DNA of 64,000 bases from positions 185,628,001 to 185,692,000 of the forward strand of contig OZ024740.1 in NCBI GenBank assembly GCA_964016885.1, read 5' to 3'. Shown one piece after another: positions 1 to 12,131 of this stretch (position 1 is its first letter; each line of letters opens with the position of its first letter). This DNA is from Eledone cirrhosa. Its lineage: Eukaryota. Made by a program: the position numbers and the translations under genes. The notes beneath the pieces were generated by a model. That model did not search any database. It saw only the letters and a list, made by a program, of their open reading frames with translations, and was not told the origin of the DNA.

Positions 1-16
1 GTTCGGCGTTAGAGAA

Positions 17-199
17 ATAATTGTTTCTACTTTTGGCACAAGGCCAGCAATTATCCAGTGTATTACTGGTACTTTATTTTATCGACCCTATAAGGATGAA
101 AGGCAAAGTTAACCTCAGCAATATTTGAACTCAGAATGGCAAGGGCCGTAACTCTATGCGTCAAAGCATGGCGTCCTAGCCTCTACCGATACTGCCAAT
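17..199 (-). mobile_element. tRNA-derived SINE (octopus-type), diverged copy
   Basis: Minus strand reads TTGGCAGTATCGGTAGAG (A-box-like) ... GAGTTCAAAT (B-box-like), then core TTTGCCTTTCATCCTTATAGGGTCGATAAAATAAAGTACCAG and tail CCTTGTGCCAAAAGTAGAAACAATTAT; collinear with the copy at 34075-34257. Confidence 0.85.
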
Positions 200-829
200 G
201 TGAATAGAGCCGCTCAAAAAATCGAACCACATATCTACCATAAACTGAACAGTTACGTTACTGGCTAAATGATAAAGACGTGCATGATTTTAAATATTAA
301 AATAGTACTCAGAATATTCTTATGTGTAAGCTTTCATCTCGCACATCTCTTTAGACGCATGTGTTCCGTGCGCGAAATGCTATATGTAGGTCAATCAGAG
401 TCGATGGGATTTATACTTAACCATGCTTCACTAAGTGGGCTTGAATCTGAAACAACAAAGTTTTGAAGTGAGCTAATTCAGCACACAGTCATGTGCTCAT
501 GTTGTTCATCTTAACCACATACAGAGGAATGTTAACACAGGTATAACATATATTCACATCATGCTAATATATATCTAAATCAACCGGAATGGTAAATAGC
601 AATTTATATTTCATTCTTTTATATCTAATAGTGTTCTGCTTTAAGAGATTGATAAAATATCTCGATTCCTTTCGCTGGAAACTACTATATTGCACGCTTA
701 TATTCATTTTGATAAACCTTCCTTCATATTGATTTGATGAAATAGAAATTGTCTTTTTTTAATTAAATTGTCTATAACGCAATATTGGTCACACAAATTA
801 AATAAAACCTGTTTAAATATTTGTGCGGC

Positions 830-860
<31 letters not shown>

Positions 861-1971
861 AGGTATATACATACCTTATATATCGATATATCTTTATATA
901 TATGTGACTCTTGTTCTCACCCATTTGTCAGCAGATTTATACCTCATTTTTTTCACATTGAATTCTTAATCTCTGAAACGAATGGTAGACTATACAAGAG
1001 TAGCCGCCAACTGTTCTTAGATATTATTTTGAGAGTGTAGTCGTACCTAAAATGTTAATTGCGTCTCATTTAGTTATTTACATAATATATTACTGCTAAT
1101 ATTTGTATCGTATTTATTTCATAACCATAAATCATTTACACAAAATAACACGGCAGTCCATTAGTGAATGGCCAACCAAATAAGGTGACGTAATATTTCT
1201 TCGGCTAATACATTCAAATTCACGATAATCTACACGATCTTTGAATTAGTTTGCCGTTTTTGCAAACCTTATTGATCAGCAGCTGGTTTTACCGAACATA
1301 CGACACGCTTTGATTAAACGTGTGTACTTGCTGTTATAGATGATTATCTTCCCGGTTGAATTTGATTGTCTTTCGTATTAATATGATTTAGATACTGAGG
1401 ACAGTTGTAATTAATGGCATCGCATGACTGTTTTTTTTTTAATCGGCGTCATTTTCCAACATATGGACGCAATTATATATATCAGCATGTTCCTTTTCAT
1501 ATGGTTTCTTCGATCATTTCAGAAAAAAATGTATGGTATGTGATATCTATTGGTAATGCATTATCTGTTTACTTATTGATGCGTCTGGTATATTCTTCAT
1601 TTATATGCCCAATTATATATAGTTTGATATTATTAAAACACAACTAGAAGTATAACTAACTCTATATAGCACGGTGTCTCTCTTGTCATCTTATAACATA
1701 TACATATACTTATATACACACACATTCCCCCCCCTCTCTCTCTCTCTCTCTCTATGCCTCTCTCTCTATGCCTCTCTCTCTCTCGGTGTACATATGTATA
1801 CAGAGAAAGAGAGAGACAGAGAGTATATACTGAATTGACGTTACTTTAATTTACGTTGCATCCACGCTCGATTATTTCTATGAAAAATATTTGAATATGA
1901 CGCAGTAGATAAGAATAAGTGTGGAGAGTCTCGCCAGTAGGAACTTGAATATATATATAGGAAAGTGTTTG

Positions 1972-2067
1972 ACCCCGACGGCGGAGCTCAAGCCGTTTCG
2001 ACGGCTATTTCCGGACTAAATTAGAATTTTTAGCGTGGTAAATAAATAGCCGAACTTGTCAAGGGGT
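1972..2067 (-). ncRNA. Type I hammerhead ribozyme with compensatory U3-A8 core
   Basis: Minus strand: ACCCC TTGACAA GTTCGGCTATTT...AAATAGCCGTC GAAA CGGC TTGAGCTCC GCCG TC^ GGGGT. Stem I ACCCC/GGGGT (extendable by GGAAA/TTTCC across an internal loop), stem II CGGCTATTT/AAATAGCCG, stem III ACGGC/GCCGT, GUC cleavage triplet. Confidence 0.8.
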
Positions 2068-3097
2068 ATTTCCTTCAATGGGAAGATTGTAGTTGTCAAC
2101 ATTTCTTGTAAACACAATTAAGTCTTTCATGGCAGTGGGTGGCTGAACTTGCCTGTAGAACAATGAGGGAGTGGGTGAAGCCGGTTAAGCGTTGAAAGTG
2201 AATTCCATACAGCAAATTCTAAGGTTTGTGTATGAAAATAGGCCAGAAGAAGCAGGCGAAAAACGATTCTGGAGAAAAAAGGATCCTGGACACATCTATG
2301 TGTGGGTGTATAAAAGTAATAACAAACAAACGATATAGTATATGGAAGATATATATTAGTTTAACGCTTGAAACAGCAGGAATAGTGTGTTATCGTTTAT
2401 CAGAAATTATATAGTTAGAATTAGAAATTAAATAGAAATTAAAGAATAATGAGAGGAAGGAAAGGAGAACATGAGAAAAGTTTGGGGCGACAAAAACACA
2501 CGTGCGTATACAGTCGCTCATCTCCACATGAATTGACGACTAAAAAATAAACTAACACCAACGTATACGAGGTAGAAATTAGATAATAATACATTTGTAG
2601 CTGTGAAAATATTATTCATTTTAAAGTGATGTTTATGCCGAGTAATCATTTCCTCGTTGATTACTAGAAATGACGCATTTATAATTAACCTTTTAACCAA
2701 ATTTCGATTTGGGATCTCAGTAGTTAATTCAAATAATCTTTTGAAATGTAACGTATTAAAGTATCATATACCATTTCACTGTTAGGTTTTTTTTTATTAT
2801 GGGACCTTATCTGATAAAATATCGAAACTCCTTATCCAACTCCGTTTTAGTTATGTTTGTGGTCGCCGTCAGGATTGATAGGATGGAATGAAGAGATATT
2901 TGTTCACGTTTCGTATTCAATGCCTACAATTAGAGTAATCTCAGCTCCAAAGTGAAGCAAAATACTTATTGATTAAGGCGTTGATTTCTAATTACCTGTG
3001 GAATGTATTTACAATGTATTTAAATGGAAAATAAACGTCTTCAAAATTTAAACATCATTTAGATACAAAGGAATACAAGTCATTATATTCCGTTCGA

Positions 3098-3201
3098 ATA
3101 ATATATGCCTGATTAGTTATTATTCTCACATTCATAACCACTAAATTGATAATATATGCCTGATTAGTTATTATTCTCACATTCATAACCACTAAATTGA
3201 T
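3098..3201. repeat. Perfect 51-bp tandem duplication
   Basis: ATAATATATGCCTGATTAGTTATTATTCTCACATTCATAACCACTAAATTG occurs twice head-to-tail (starts at 3098 and 3149). Confidence 0.9.
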
Positions 3202-4743
3202 GTCATGCCTTGGAGAATAATATACGAGTATACATTCTGAAAATATTTCATACCGATAGGTTTTATAGACCAGATTGATATGTAGAAACAAATACTACAT
3301 ATTGAAGAGAATTCAATTGAATAATTTTAAAAAAATTACCAATGTTATAACATTTACGTCCCAGATCAATATTAATACATAATCAATTTGGCACTACATA
3401 TATATTTCATTATGACTATATCACATTGCATTTAATGAATTAGTGTATTTCAAGCAACATATTTGTATGTATGCAGTCCACTCCCACTCCACCAACATCC
3501 CCCCTACCTTCATGTAAACGAACATTGTATATAATACTAACACTCTGTGATTGCTTTCTTGATTGCTTGTCTGGAATGTAATACAACCAAAAGGGCGCAT
3601 AGTGGGAAAATACTTTGAAATGAAACTGACCCTGAAATGGGGATACAAATGGAATAAAACAAGTTCCAGGTAAATCGGAGCACGGGTTACCGAGATACAG
3701 GGTTTTTCCGGGTATCTTCATCAACAAAGAGTGAGTGAAAGATAGAGATAGAGAGAGAGTTGGTGGTGTTGTTGTGTATATATATATGTGTGTGTGTCTA
3801 TGACCAGTGTATATAGATCACAGCTACCCTCCACACACATATATATGTATATTCACACACATGTGGGCTTCCCAGTTCCATTCCACATTATATACATGTC
3901 TGTGTATATTTTAATTATTTAAAGATCATCTTTCAGTGAACATGATTTTTAAAAAAATATTTTGTAGTGAACGTGACCCAACGGGTCAGGGATGGTCTAG
4001 TAAAATTTTAAATGTATATCATTTTAAAACATTTTTTTATCTCGTTTCATTTTTGTTTTGTTTTTTTGTTTTTTTCTTCAGTTCCCTTTTAACACATTCT
4101 CCCTACCTCACGTTTGACTCTCTCATCTCACCTATTCTCTCTTATCTCTACTTCATCCAAGCTCATCCCTTTTCCTTTATATAACGCAATTACAACGACT
4201 ACATTTTCAACTGTACACATTGCATGTATTTTATTCAAATTATTGACAGTATTGCCAGATAAATAAAGATTATTGAAGGACAACTGACAAAGTGACATTG
4301 TAGAACAGAGTTCAATTAATTTAGAGAGAGTATCATTTTTACTCTTCTAGAATCTATGGTGAGATTTATGCACAGTAGACCGTATTCTATTCTCGAATTA
4401 ATAGCATTGTGCATAATTAAGTGATCAGTATTAACCAGCGGTCAATAAAGTGAAAATAGAAGGTCAGAATTATCATCTTACAATAGTTTTTATATTTGCC
4501 TTCAATTTTAGTTATATATCCAATCATGGGTTAACTTTTCGTATATCATAAGATGCATGTGATAATCAGTAATCGATTCGATAGTTTGTTTGAATAAAAT
4601 GATAGTGGTCGGGTATTATACCAAATTTATTTTTATGTATGATTTTCAGTTCTTTTTAAACTTCCATGAGATCAGCTCACGATTTCATGCAACATAGAAA
4701 CTGCACAACAGACTGAAAACATGCACACAATAAAGTTTATATT

Positions 4744-4802
<59 letters not shown>

Positions 4803-4832
4803 ACGTTATATGTATATATATATATATATATA

Positions 4833-5184
4833 TTTCGTTTCTGAATTTGTTTAGCAACAGTCTTTATCTGAAAACGTGTGTTGAAACCGATATTGTTATG
4901 CTTTGGGAGGGTCATGTTGCCAATAAGAAACACAAGCACCAGTTGCTTTCACTCCAATTAATTATAAATTAAATTTATAAATTTAAGAATTTATAAATTT
5001 CCGGTCACTGAAGAGGTCACAGAATGTGTTACGAAAGAACTTTGACAATATATGAACAACCGTCCGCTTACGGAACCAACCAGAAATTTATAAATTCTTA
5101 AATTTATAAATTTAATTTATAATAAATTGGAGTGAAAGCCTGGTGCGTGTGTTTGTTATTGGCAACACGACCCTCCCAAAGCAT

Positions 5185-5192
<8 letters not shown>
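4833..5192. mobile_element. Fold-back PLE pLTR-derived mini-element in (TA)n
   Basis: Inverted arms ~4890-5003 and ~5079-5192 (TATTGTTATGCTTTGGGAGGGTC... / ...GACCCTCCCAAAGCATAACAATA), unique left tail 4833-4889, HHR-like motif in the spacer, (TA)n on both sides. Confidence 0.65.
5004..5046 (+). ncRNA. Minimal type I hammerhead ribozyme (probably dimer-dependent)
   Basis: GTCA CTGAAGA GGTCACAGAATGTGTTAC GAAA GAAC TT^ TGAC: canonical core, stem I GTCA/TGAC, stem II CACA/TGTG, stem III only 2 bp. Confidence 0.6.
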
Positions 5193-5278
<86 letters not shown>

Positions 5279-5360
5279 TTGTGTGTGTGTGTGTGTGTGT
5301 GCGTGTATGCGTTACGTGTGTGTATATATATGTGTATATATATATATACACACACATATT

Positions 5361-5437
<77 letters not shown>

Positions 5438-7995
5438 ATATATAAAATATTAGTAAGCATTTTCAAATGTTATTGTATTTACAACACAATATGTAGAACC
5501 ATGGTTTCACTATATCATTTGCCTCCATATTAACTCCAAAGTTCTTAGATGCCTAATTGCATATCACATGCACAGAGCATGTACGTATTATATCTAATAG
5601 CAATTTCCTTGAAAAAATCGAAACAGTTGCAGTTTCTTTAGAAATCATCTCTGGAAAACATTTTTGTTATACGTCTTCTATCACCGCCACTCATCTCTCT
5701 TCTACCCCCTATTTCTCTCTCTCTCGTTCTCTCTCTCTATTTCCCTTTCTCTCTCTATCTCCCTCTGTATCTCTCGCTCTCTCACTCTCTATCTCTTTTT
5801 TTTTTATAAAAATGTAGCATGATAGCTGAAGTAGTTCTATACATGTTACCCTTTGTTGTTAAGAAACACAAAAGTTTGCAATGAAAAAATCATTTCATTG
5901 TAAATAGCCACAACCAGGTTATTGAATATAAATGTAACGTCAAAACTTTAAAAAGGATTCTAGAGGGGATAATATACACACTTTTAGAAATAAACAATTA
6001 CCGAGCAGCATGCTTGTAAATGTTTCGTTTCCCCAGATAAATAACAAGTTTCTTTCACATGTGTTCACTGAAAATTATTCGTAATTCCGTTTCTGAATCA
6101 TTGTTTTAAACATAATTATTTTAATCAGTAGCTAATAGAATTTACAATGCGTTTTAGTCAAATTAAAATTTAAGGTATGCTTAAAATAATTCTTTATAAT
6201 AAAAATAACATATAGTTTCAACCTCATTGTCAAAACGTAAACATTGTTTACACTACTATTTTAATATACTGAGGGGGAGAAAATGAAATGCTCTGATTAG
6301 CTTTTAATCTTCATATTAGGGAAACGCTACCAATCGTAGGTCCACGTGATGTTTACTAGCTCCTAGTTATTTATAGCATTAGCAAACTATAACTTACTAA
6401 TTTGGACCTTCTAAATGTTATATGATGAGATTCGATGAGATTCTAGTAGATACTAGTTAGATCGATCCCACTTTTTCTGTCCATGGAGAGTGAAATATTT
6501 AAAGATATTGCTTATCACGTTGTGGCTGGAATTGTATTATTTATATAGCATTTTTAATTATAGCAAACCATTCTGTAATGCACTAGGAATCAAAACAATT
6601 ATCTATCCCATTGTCTTATATACATATATAATGGGTCACTGTGTTGCTACAATTATGGTTCACAAACGTGCTTGATAACGCAATGTAGACGTTATTTTCT
6701 GAATTAATTGAAAACGATAAAGGAGATACATTTAAGTTTTTGAACGAAAAGATTAATTTAAGAACCAGTCATTATAATTACATAGTTATTTTTCTGCATC
6801 ACAAACCTACTGATTAAGCCATATAATACGTATGTTTTTAGGTTTTATGTTATACATGGTATTGTCCGCCATGCAAAATATAGCATGTTTGATATTAGAA
6901 ATAGCCTTTGATATTTAAAGTATTAGGTACAGTAACACTATCTAAAATCCAATATCTTCCAATAAATCATTGTAAAACTTTCTGATGTTATGCGTCTAAA
7001 CAAAGAGAAAACATCGAGAAAAACGGAGAAAAATGAAATGCCTTCAACGTAATGGACATCAATCCTTCATGAGTAAAACAAAAGAGATTGAAAGTAGGCG
7101 ATGGAAAAGTTTGGAAAAGTAGTGTGGCTCATCAGGATGTGTTAGAAGTAAACAGGTCAATAGGGGAGTAGTTTCTTCAGCAAGAAATTTTGTATTCATA
7201 AGTGTTGGCAAAAGATCCGATTCTATCAGTCGTGCTTGCACCGTATGAGTTCGTTTCCCTCTTTCTGGTGTTTTTCTTTTGTCTTTATGTGTATGTTGAT
7301 TTCTGTATGAGTATGTTTATACGGAGGCGTTAGATGTGTACTACTTTGTTTGTTGTGTCTATCAGTCGATGTAAATGCGTCAAAATAGCAAGTATAATTG
7401 ATTATTGGCAGTGTGATTTATATGCGATTATGTCGTAGTGTGTATGATTATGCTTGTGTATATTTTGTATATGTATATAATAAGCACTGTTTCTATAAGC
7501 GAGTAAGGTGTGTTACACAGTATGTACCTGTTTGTGTGTTGGGCACCTTGTAGGTAGACAAATGTGTAAGAGAAGACCAGAACTGGGTGTAGAATCCAAG
7601 TAGTTTCATAGAAATTAATGGTACTCCGAATAATGAAAACACTGTTAGCAGACGAAGAATATGGTGTGGCAAATAGAGAAGGTATGGAAGATGAGATAAC
7701 TGGTTTGAAAGAGAGGGAATGAAATGGGTCAAATGCAAAGGAATTTAATGAATAAAAGTGTGGGAATTAGGATTGGGTGTGTATCTGTCATATAAAAACT
7801 GAAGGAAGTCCGCCATCATCTGCATGAATCCTCGTATAAGACGAACACGTGTTTCGCTATTCGTATTCAATTTCTCCGTCACCAGAGGTACGTCACCGTA
7901 TTTGTTCGAATGTTAATTATAGTTCTTCTGTTTTGTGACAAATGTACCATCAATAAATACACGTATATATATATATAAAATAACAACTCAATCTC

Positions 7996-8040
<45 letters not shown>

Positions 8041-8219
8041 TTGTGTGTGTTTTTTATCTCTGTGTATGTGTGGGTGCATCAATATTTCCGTTTGAAATAG
8101 ACAAATTTACAATTTAAGACGAAATAATCAATACCGTAACTGCCACTATGTGATGATCTTTTTAGGTTCATCAATTGAAACTCTGTTTAACTATATATAT
8201 ATAATTATATATATATACA

Positions 8220-8293
<74 letters not shown>

Positions 8294-8521
8294 GTATATA
8301 TACATAGATTCATACATTCTTGCACACATATATTCATTTAGTGTTATGGTCTAGAAAGAGCATGCATAATCCATTGCCGCGTGATGATGCTTTGATACAG
8401 TGTCCCTTGTTTGTTTCTTTGATTTTGATATATACTGCTTTTTTGCCCGTCGGTTCGTATCGGATTTCCGTCTCTAAGGAAGAGAAATAAATCTGCTCAC
8501 AATACACACCCACACACACCC

Positions 8522-8586
<65 letters not shown>

Positions 8587-8626
8587 TGTAAATAAACGCG
8601 CATACATGGATATATATATATAAATA

Positions 8627-8660
<34 letters not shown>

Positions 8661-8662
<2 letters not shown>

Positions 8663-9264
8663 GGTCACCAGTTGGTGCTACTGGTAACATGTATCCCAGT
8701 ACAACCTGTCTCATGGTCGGGTCGTTAGCGACTAAACTGGCAGCCCCACCAAGGTTTCTCGGTGAGGAGGGTGACTTTGGACAACCTGCAGGACTAAAAA
8801 CAAAACCTGTCAAAGGGCAAAGGACCTCTTATGAGTCAATGGCCATCCAAAATCACCGGGAGAGGTGACCCATTAGCCTTTGTCAAGGCAGAATTCTAGG
8901 AGAGGGAAAACTTTGATATAACACCTGCAACCCTGATGGTATCCAATGATGTTGACTTGTTCTTCTTTTTGGTAAATATCATCTTGGTTAAGAGAGTGGG
9001 ACTGGCTTTGTGCAGTGCCTTTGCTCACTATAAAAGTTTCACGGCACAGGCATTGCTTTATATCTGGAGATATCTCTGCACTTGTCGACACATGGTACCA
9101 TGAGCCCAGCACTATGTGTCAATAATTGTCACAAGTGAAGTGTTTGTACCAGAGTTTTCAAGTCGCTGGCTGGACTAAAAAGTCACACTCGTTCAGCGCA
9201 TCGGTAGGGGTTCTCCTACAAGGATACAAAGTAGTGGCCGTACTCGAAAACGAGTTGCTAGTCA

Positions 9265-9266
<2 letters not shown>
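8661..9266 (+). mobile_element. Internally deleted (bipartite) RTE-LINE derivative
   Basis: 5' part 8661-8852 is homologous to 22690-22860 (minus). The 3' part encodes a degenerate C-terminal Zn finger ([21 protein letters not shown]) and a terminal hairpin CTCG-AAAA-CGAG before (TA)n; both ends lie in (TA)n. Confidence 0.55.
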
Positions 9267-9334
<68 letters not shown>

Positions 9335-9374
9335 CTCCCCCTCCTCTCTCTCTCTTTATATATATATATATATA

Positions 9375-9438
<64 letters not shown>

Positions 9439-10313
9439 CTACTTGAGTCTACTGAGAATTTTAATGATTTCTTGTACAATTCAGACGTGTAATATACTTC
9501 AAATTGAAATAATAAAGGAAATGAAATGCTAATATTTACTGAATTCCCGTACATTGAAATATTCAACAGTTACATTAAAAGCTAGGACTTTCATGAATAT
9601 TCAGTATGTGAATCTCAATGTTTTTTTACGTCAAACAAAATTAAATCAATGCACATTTAGAATTGCTGATACCTCAAATTCTTTAAGCAAGATGAATTAT
9701 TTCACAAATACACAGCTGTATCAAGTTACTAAAATAATCACTTTGAATCCACCTCCGTGACATTGCACTGAATTTACCTTGAAAAAATAACACCAAAATA
9801 TGACTAACTTTGACATTATTATTTCAGTGAAGTCAAGAGTAGTTAAGTTTTGACAATGATCTTTGTAGGATTGGTGGAATAATGGGGAGAAGCATTCGAA
9901 ATACTGCCCAAGTGATTACACAAAATAATGATTGCAAAAAATATCCGAAGATCGATTATATCTGATGTGATACACTGATAATCAATCACTTTGATTTGTT
10001 GGGCTTAATTATATCCAATAGATAAATAGGACATAGTGAAAATGAAATATTGTCAACCTAACTGGTGTCAACAGGGTTATATCCGCCTTAAGGTGGGTTC
10101 CTGGCTTTTTTCACGAATATTATTTCGTATTACATCTGCAATAATGAAGGACCTCACCAAAGCTGCTGCTGATAGAGCTTCCCATTGCTTAAACACACAC
10201 ACATATATTTATATATATATATATATATATGCAGAGGTTATATTTAATGTGTTGGGATTCAACCGGCTTTTTTTCCCCGGGTAGGTCAATATTTATTTAT
10301 AAAACAAATCTGT

Positions 10314-10377
10314 ATTTTATCTGATGAAAGCGCACCATAATTTGCCTTGGTTGCCCTTGAAATATGTATAATAAAAT
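10314..10377 (+). ncRNA. Minimal type I hammerhead ribozyme (family B) in pLTR remnant 10231-10419
   Basis: ATTTTAT CTGATGA AAGCGCACC...GGTTGCCCTT GAAA TATGTA TA^ ATAAAAT. Same family as 19359-19419 and 19536-19599; shares the downstream tail AAATATGGTTTTATAAATATAGTTTCCATT with 10570 and 55624. Confidence 0.75.
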
Positions 10378-10417
10378 AAATATGGTTTTATAAATATAGT
10401 TTCCATTTATTAATATA

Positions 10418-10464
<47 letters not shown>

Positions 10465-10631
10465 ACAGTTTTATTTAAATTGTTGGGGTACAACAAGCAA
10501 ATATTTTTATAACTGATATAAAGCACTCGACAAATATTTGGAGTATATATACTGAAATATATATAATGAAATAAATATGGTTTTATAAATATAGTTTCCA
10601 TTTATTAATATCGTATTATATATATATATAT

Positions 10632-10898
10632 TTATTAAAATAACAGATTAAAGTTTAAGCAAAGGATCGCTGCTTTCACCCTTAACGGGATCTTCTGAAA
10701 CTAACAAAGTCAATCTGTAAATGCAGAACTGGATATTTAAAAAAAAACGTTGCAACCGAGGGAAGACAGGAAGATGATAATTTGGTTCGTGGAAACGTTC
10801 GCTGGCAAATAACGGGAAAAAACAAATAATACGTCATTAATAGGAGCGGTGAAAAACAATTACGCGCAAAGACAGAACCACGTTTATGGTATAAAAGA
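10632..10898 (-). repeat. Inverted partial pLTR at the 5' end of the PLE (includes variant HHR 10652-10702)
   Basis: Reverse complement of ~11735-12000 and ~14997-15262. Confidence 0.9.
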
Positions 10899-12090
10899 CC
10901 AGATCTTAAACAACAAATCTGAGGCAATTTCGGCTTGTAAACATATATTTCACAAAACTTTCCTGTATTACAGCCCCACGTTATACCCTAACGGATAGTA
11001 CGATCTATACGTAGATATTTTACGTCTCGATGTGGGAGCTAAGTATATGTTTTGTTTATTCCTTTACTTATTTGCATAGGTAAGTATATATTACCCGTAT
11101 GTTTTGTGAAGGTACGTATACCTTCTCGTACGTATATTTGATTGCTATGGCGTATCATTTTATATATTCTGGTACATAGGGTTTGGCTATGTGTATACGG
11201 GAGTTTTGCGTCTGTGTGAGTATGCAGGTTCGTACGGATGGTGGGTGTGTGTATATGTGTACTTCTTGTTTTAGTTGACTTACGTCTCCGAACATTCGTG
11301 TATTTATATGTAGGTATGTGTGTGCGCTTGTTATATACGTATTTATGTATTTATATACATTAATATAATTATTTATTTATTTGTATACACGCATACACAC
11401 ACACACATATTTATATGTGCGTGGTTTTGTATACCTATGGTAAGGTTTTGCGTATGCTTGTGTATGTACGTATTTGTTTGCGTGTATGTATTTATTTATT
11501 TCTATTACTTCTGTATTGTATTTATTTACTTTCTTCTTAACTCTGTAGCGGAGATTCATTTCGTCTCCTAGTTAGAATTTTAGTCTATGACTTCTGCTAT
11601 ACCATTTACGTGGTTTTGTCTTTGCGTGCTATTGTTCTCCACGCTCCACATATGACGTATTATCTTCGTTTTTTCGTTCATTGCCAGAGAACGTCTCTAT
11701 GCACCACCTAAGAGAACATTAGTCTACGACCTCGTTTATACCATAAACGTGGTTCTGTCTTTGCGCGTAATTGTTTTTCACCGCTCCTATTAATGACGTA
11801 TTATTCGTTTTTTCCCGTTCTTTGCCAGCGAACGTTTCCACGAACCAAAGTATATTCTTCCTGTCTTCCTCCGGTTGCAACGTTTTTTTGAAATATCCAG
11901 TTCTGCGTTTACAGATTGACTTTGTTAGTTTCAGAAGATCCCGTTAAGGGTGAAAGCAGCGATTCTTTGCTTAAACTTTAATCTGTTATTTTAATAAATA
12001 TTTGCGCTACGGTTCTGATAAATTTGATATATATTTAACCTTATCGAGCCCTCTTTGGATTTTAGTCTTCAAATTTATTATTATTACTAT
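10899..12090 (+). repeat. 5' pseudo-LTR
   Basis: Near-identical to 14161-15350 (offset 3262 nt). It starts with the last codons of the ORF (...KTFLYYSPTLYPNG*) and has an internal diverged ~140-bp tandem duplication (~11581-11850). Confidence 0.9.
11927..11977 (+). ncRNA. Variant type I hammerhead-like motif (family A, core CAGAAGA) in 5' pLTR
   Basis: AGTTT CAGAAGA TCCC GTTAA GGGT GAAA GCAG CGATTCT TTGC TT^ AAACT: stem I AGTTT/AAACT, stem II CCC/GGG, stem III AGCAG/TTGCT, predicted cleavage after 11972. Confidence 0.7.
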
Positions 12091-12131
12091 TTGGCTCCCT
12101 CGGTTGAGCACTCTACTGACTAATATTGATC

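Noticed and set aside
7840-7895. Minus-strand CTGGTGA...GAAA-CACGTG-TT motif
   Set aside because: Core mutated at A6 and stems I/II do not pair next to the core; at best a decayed HHR.
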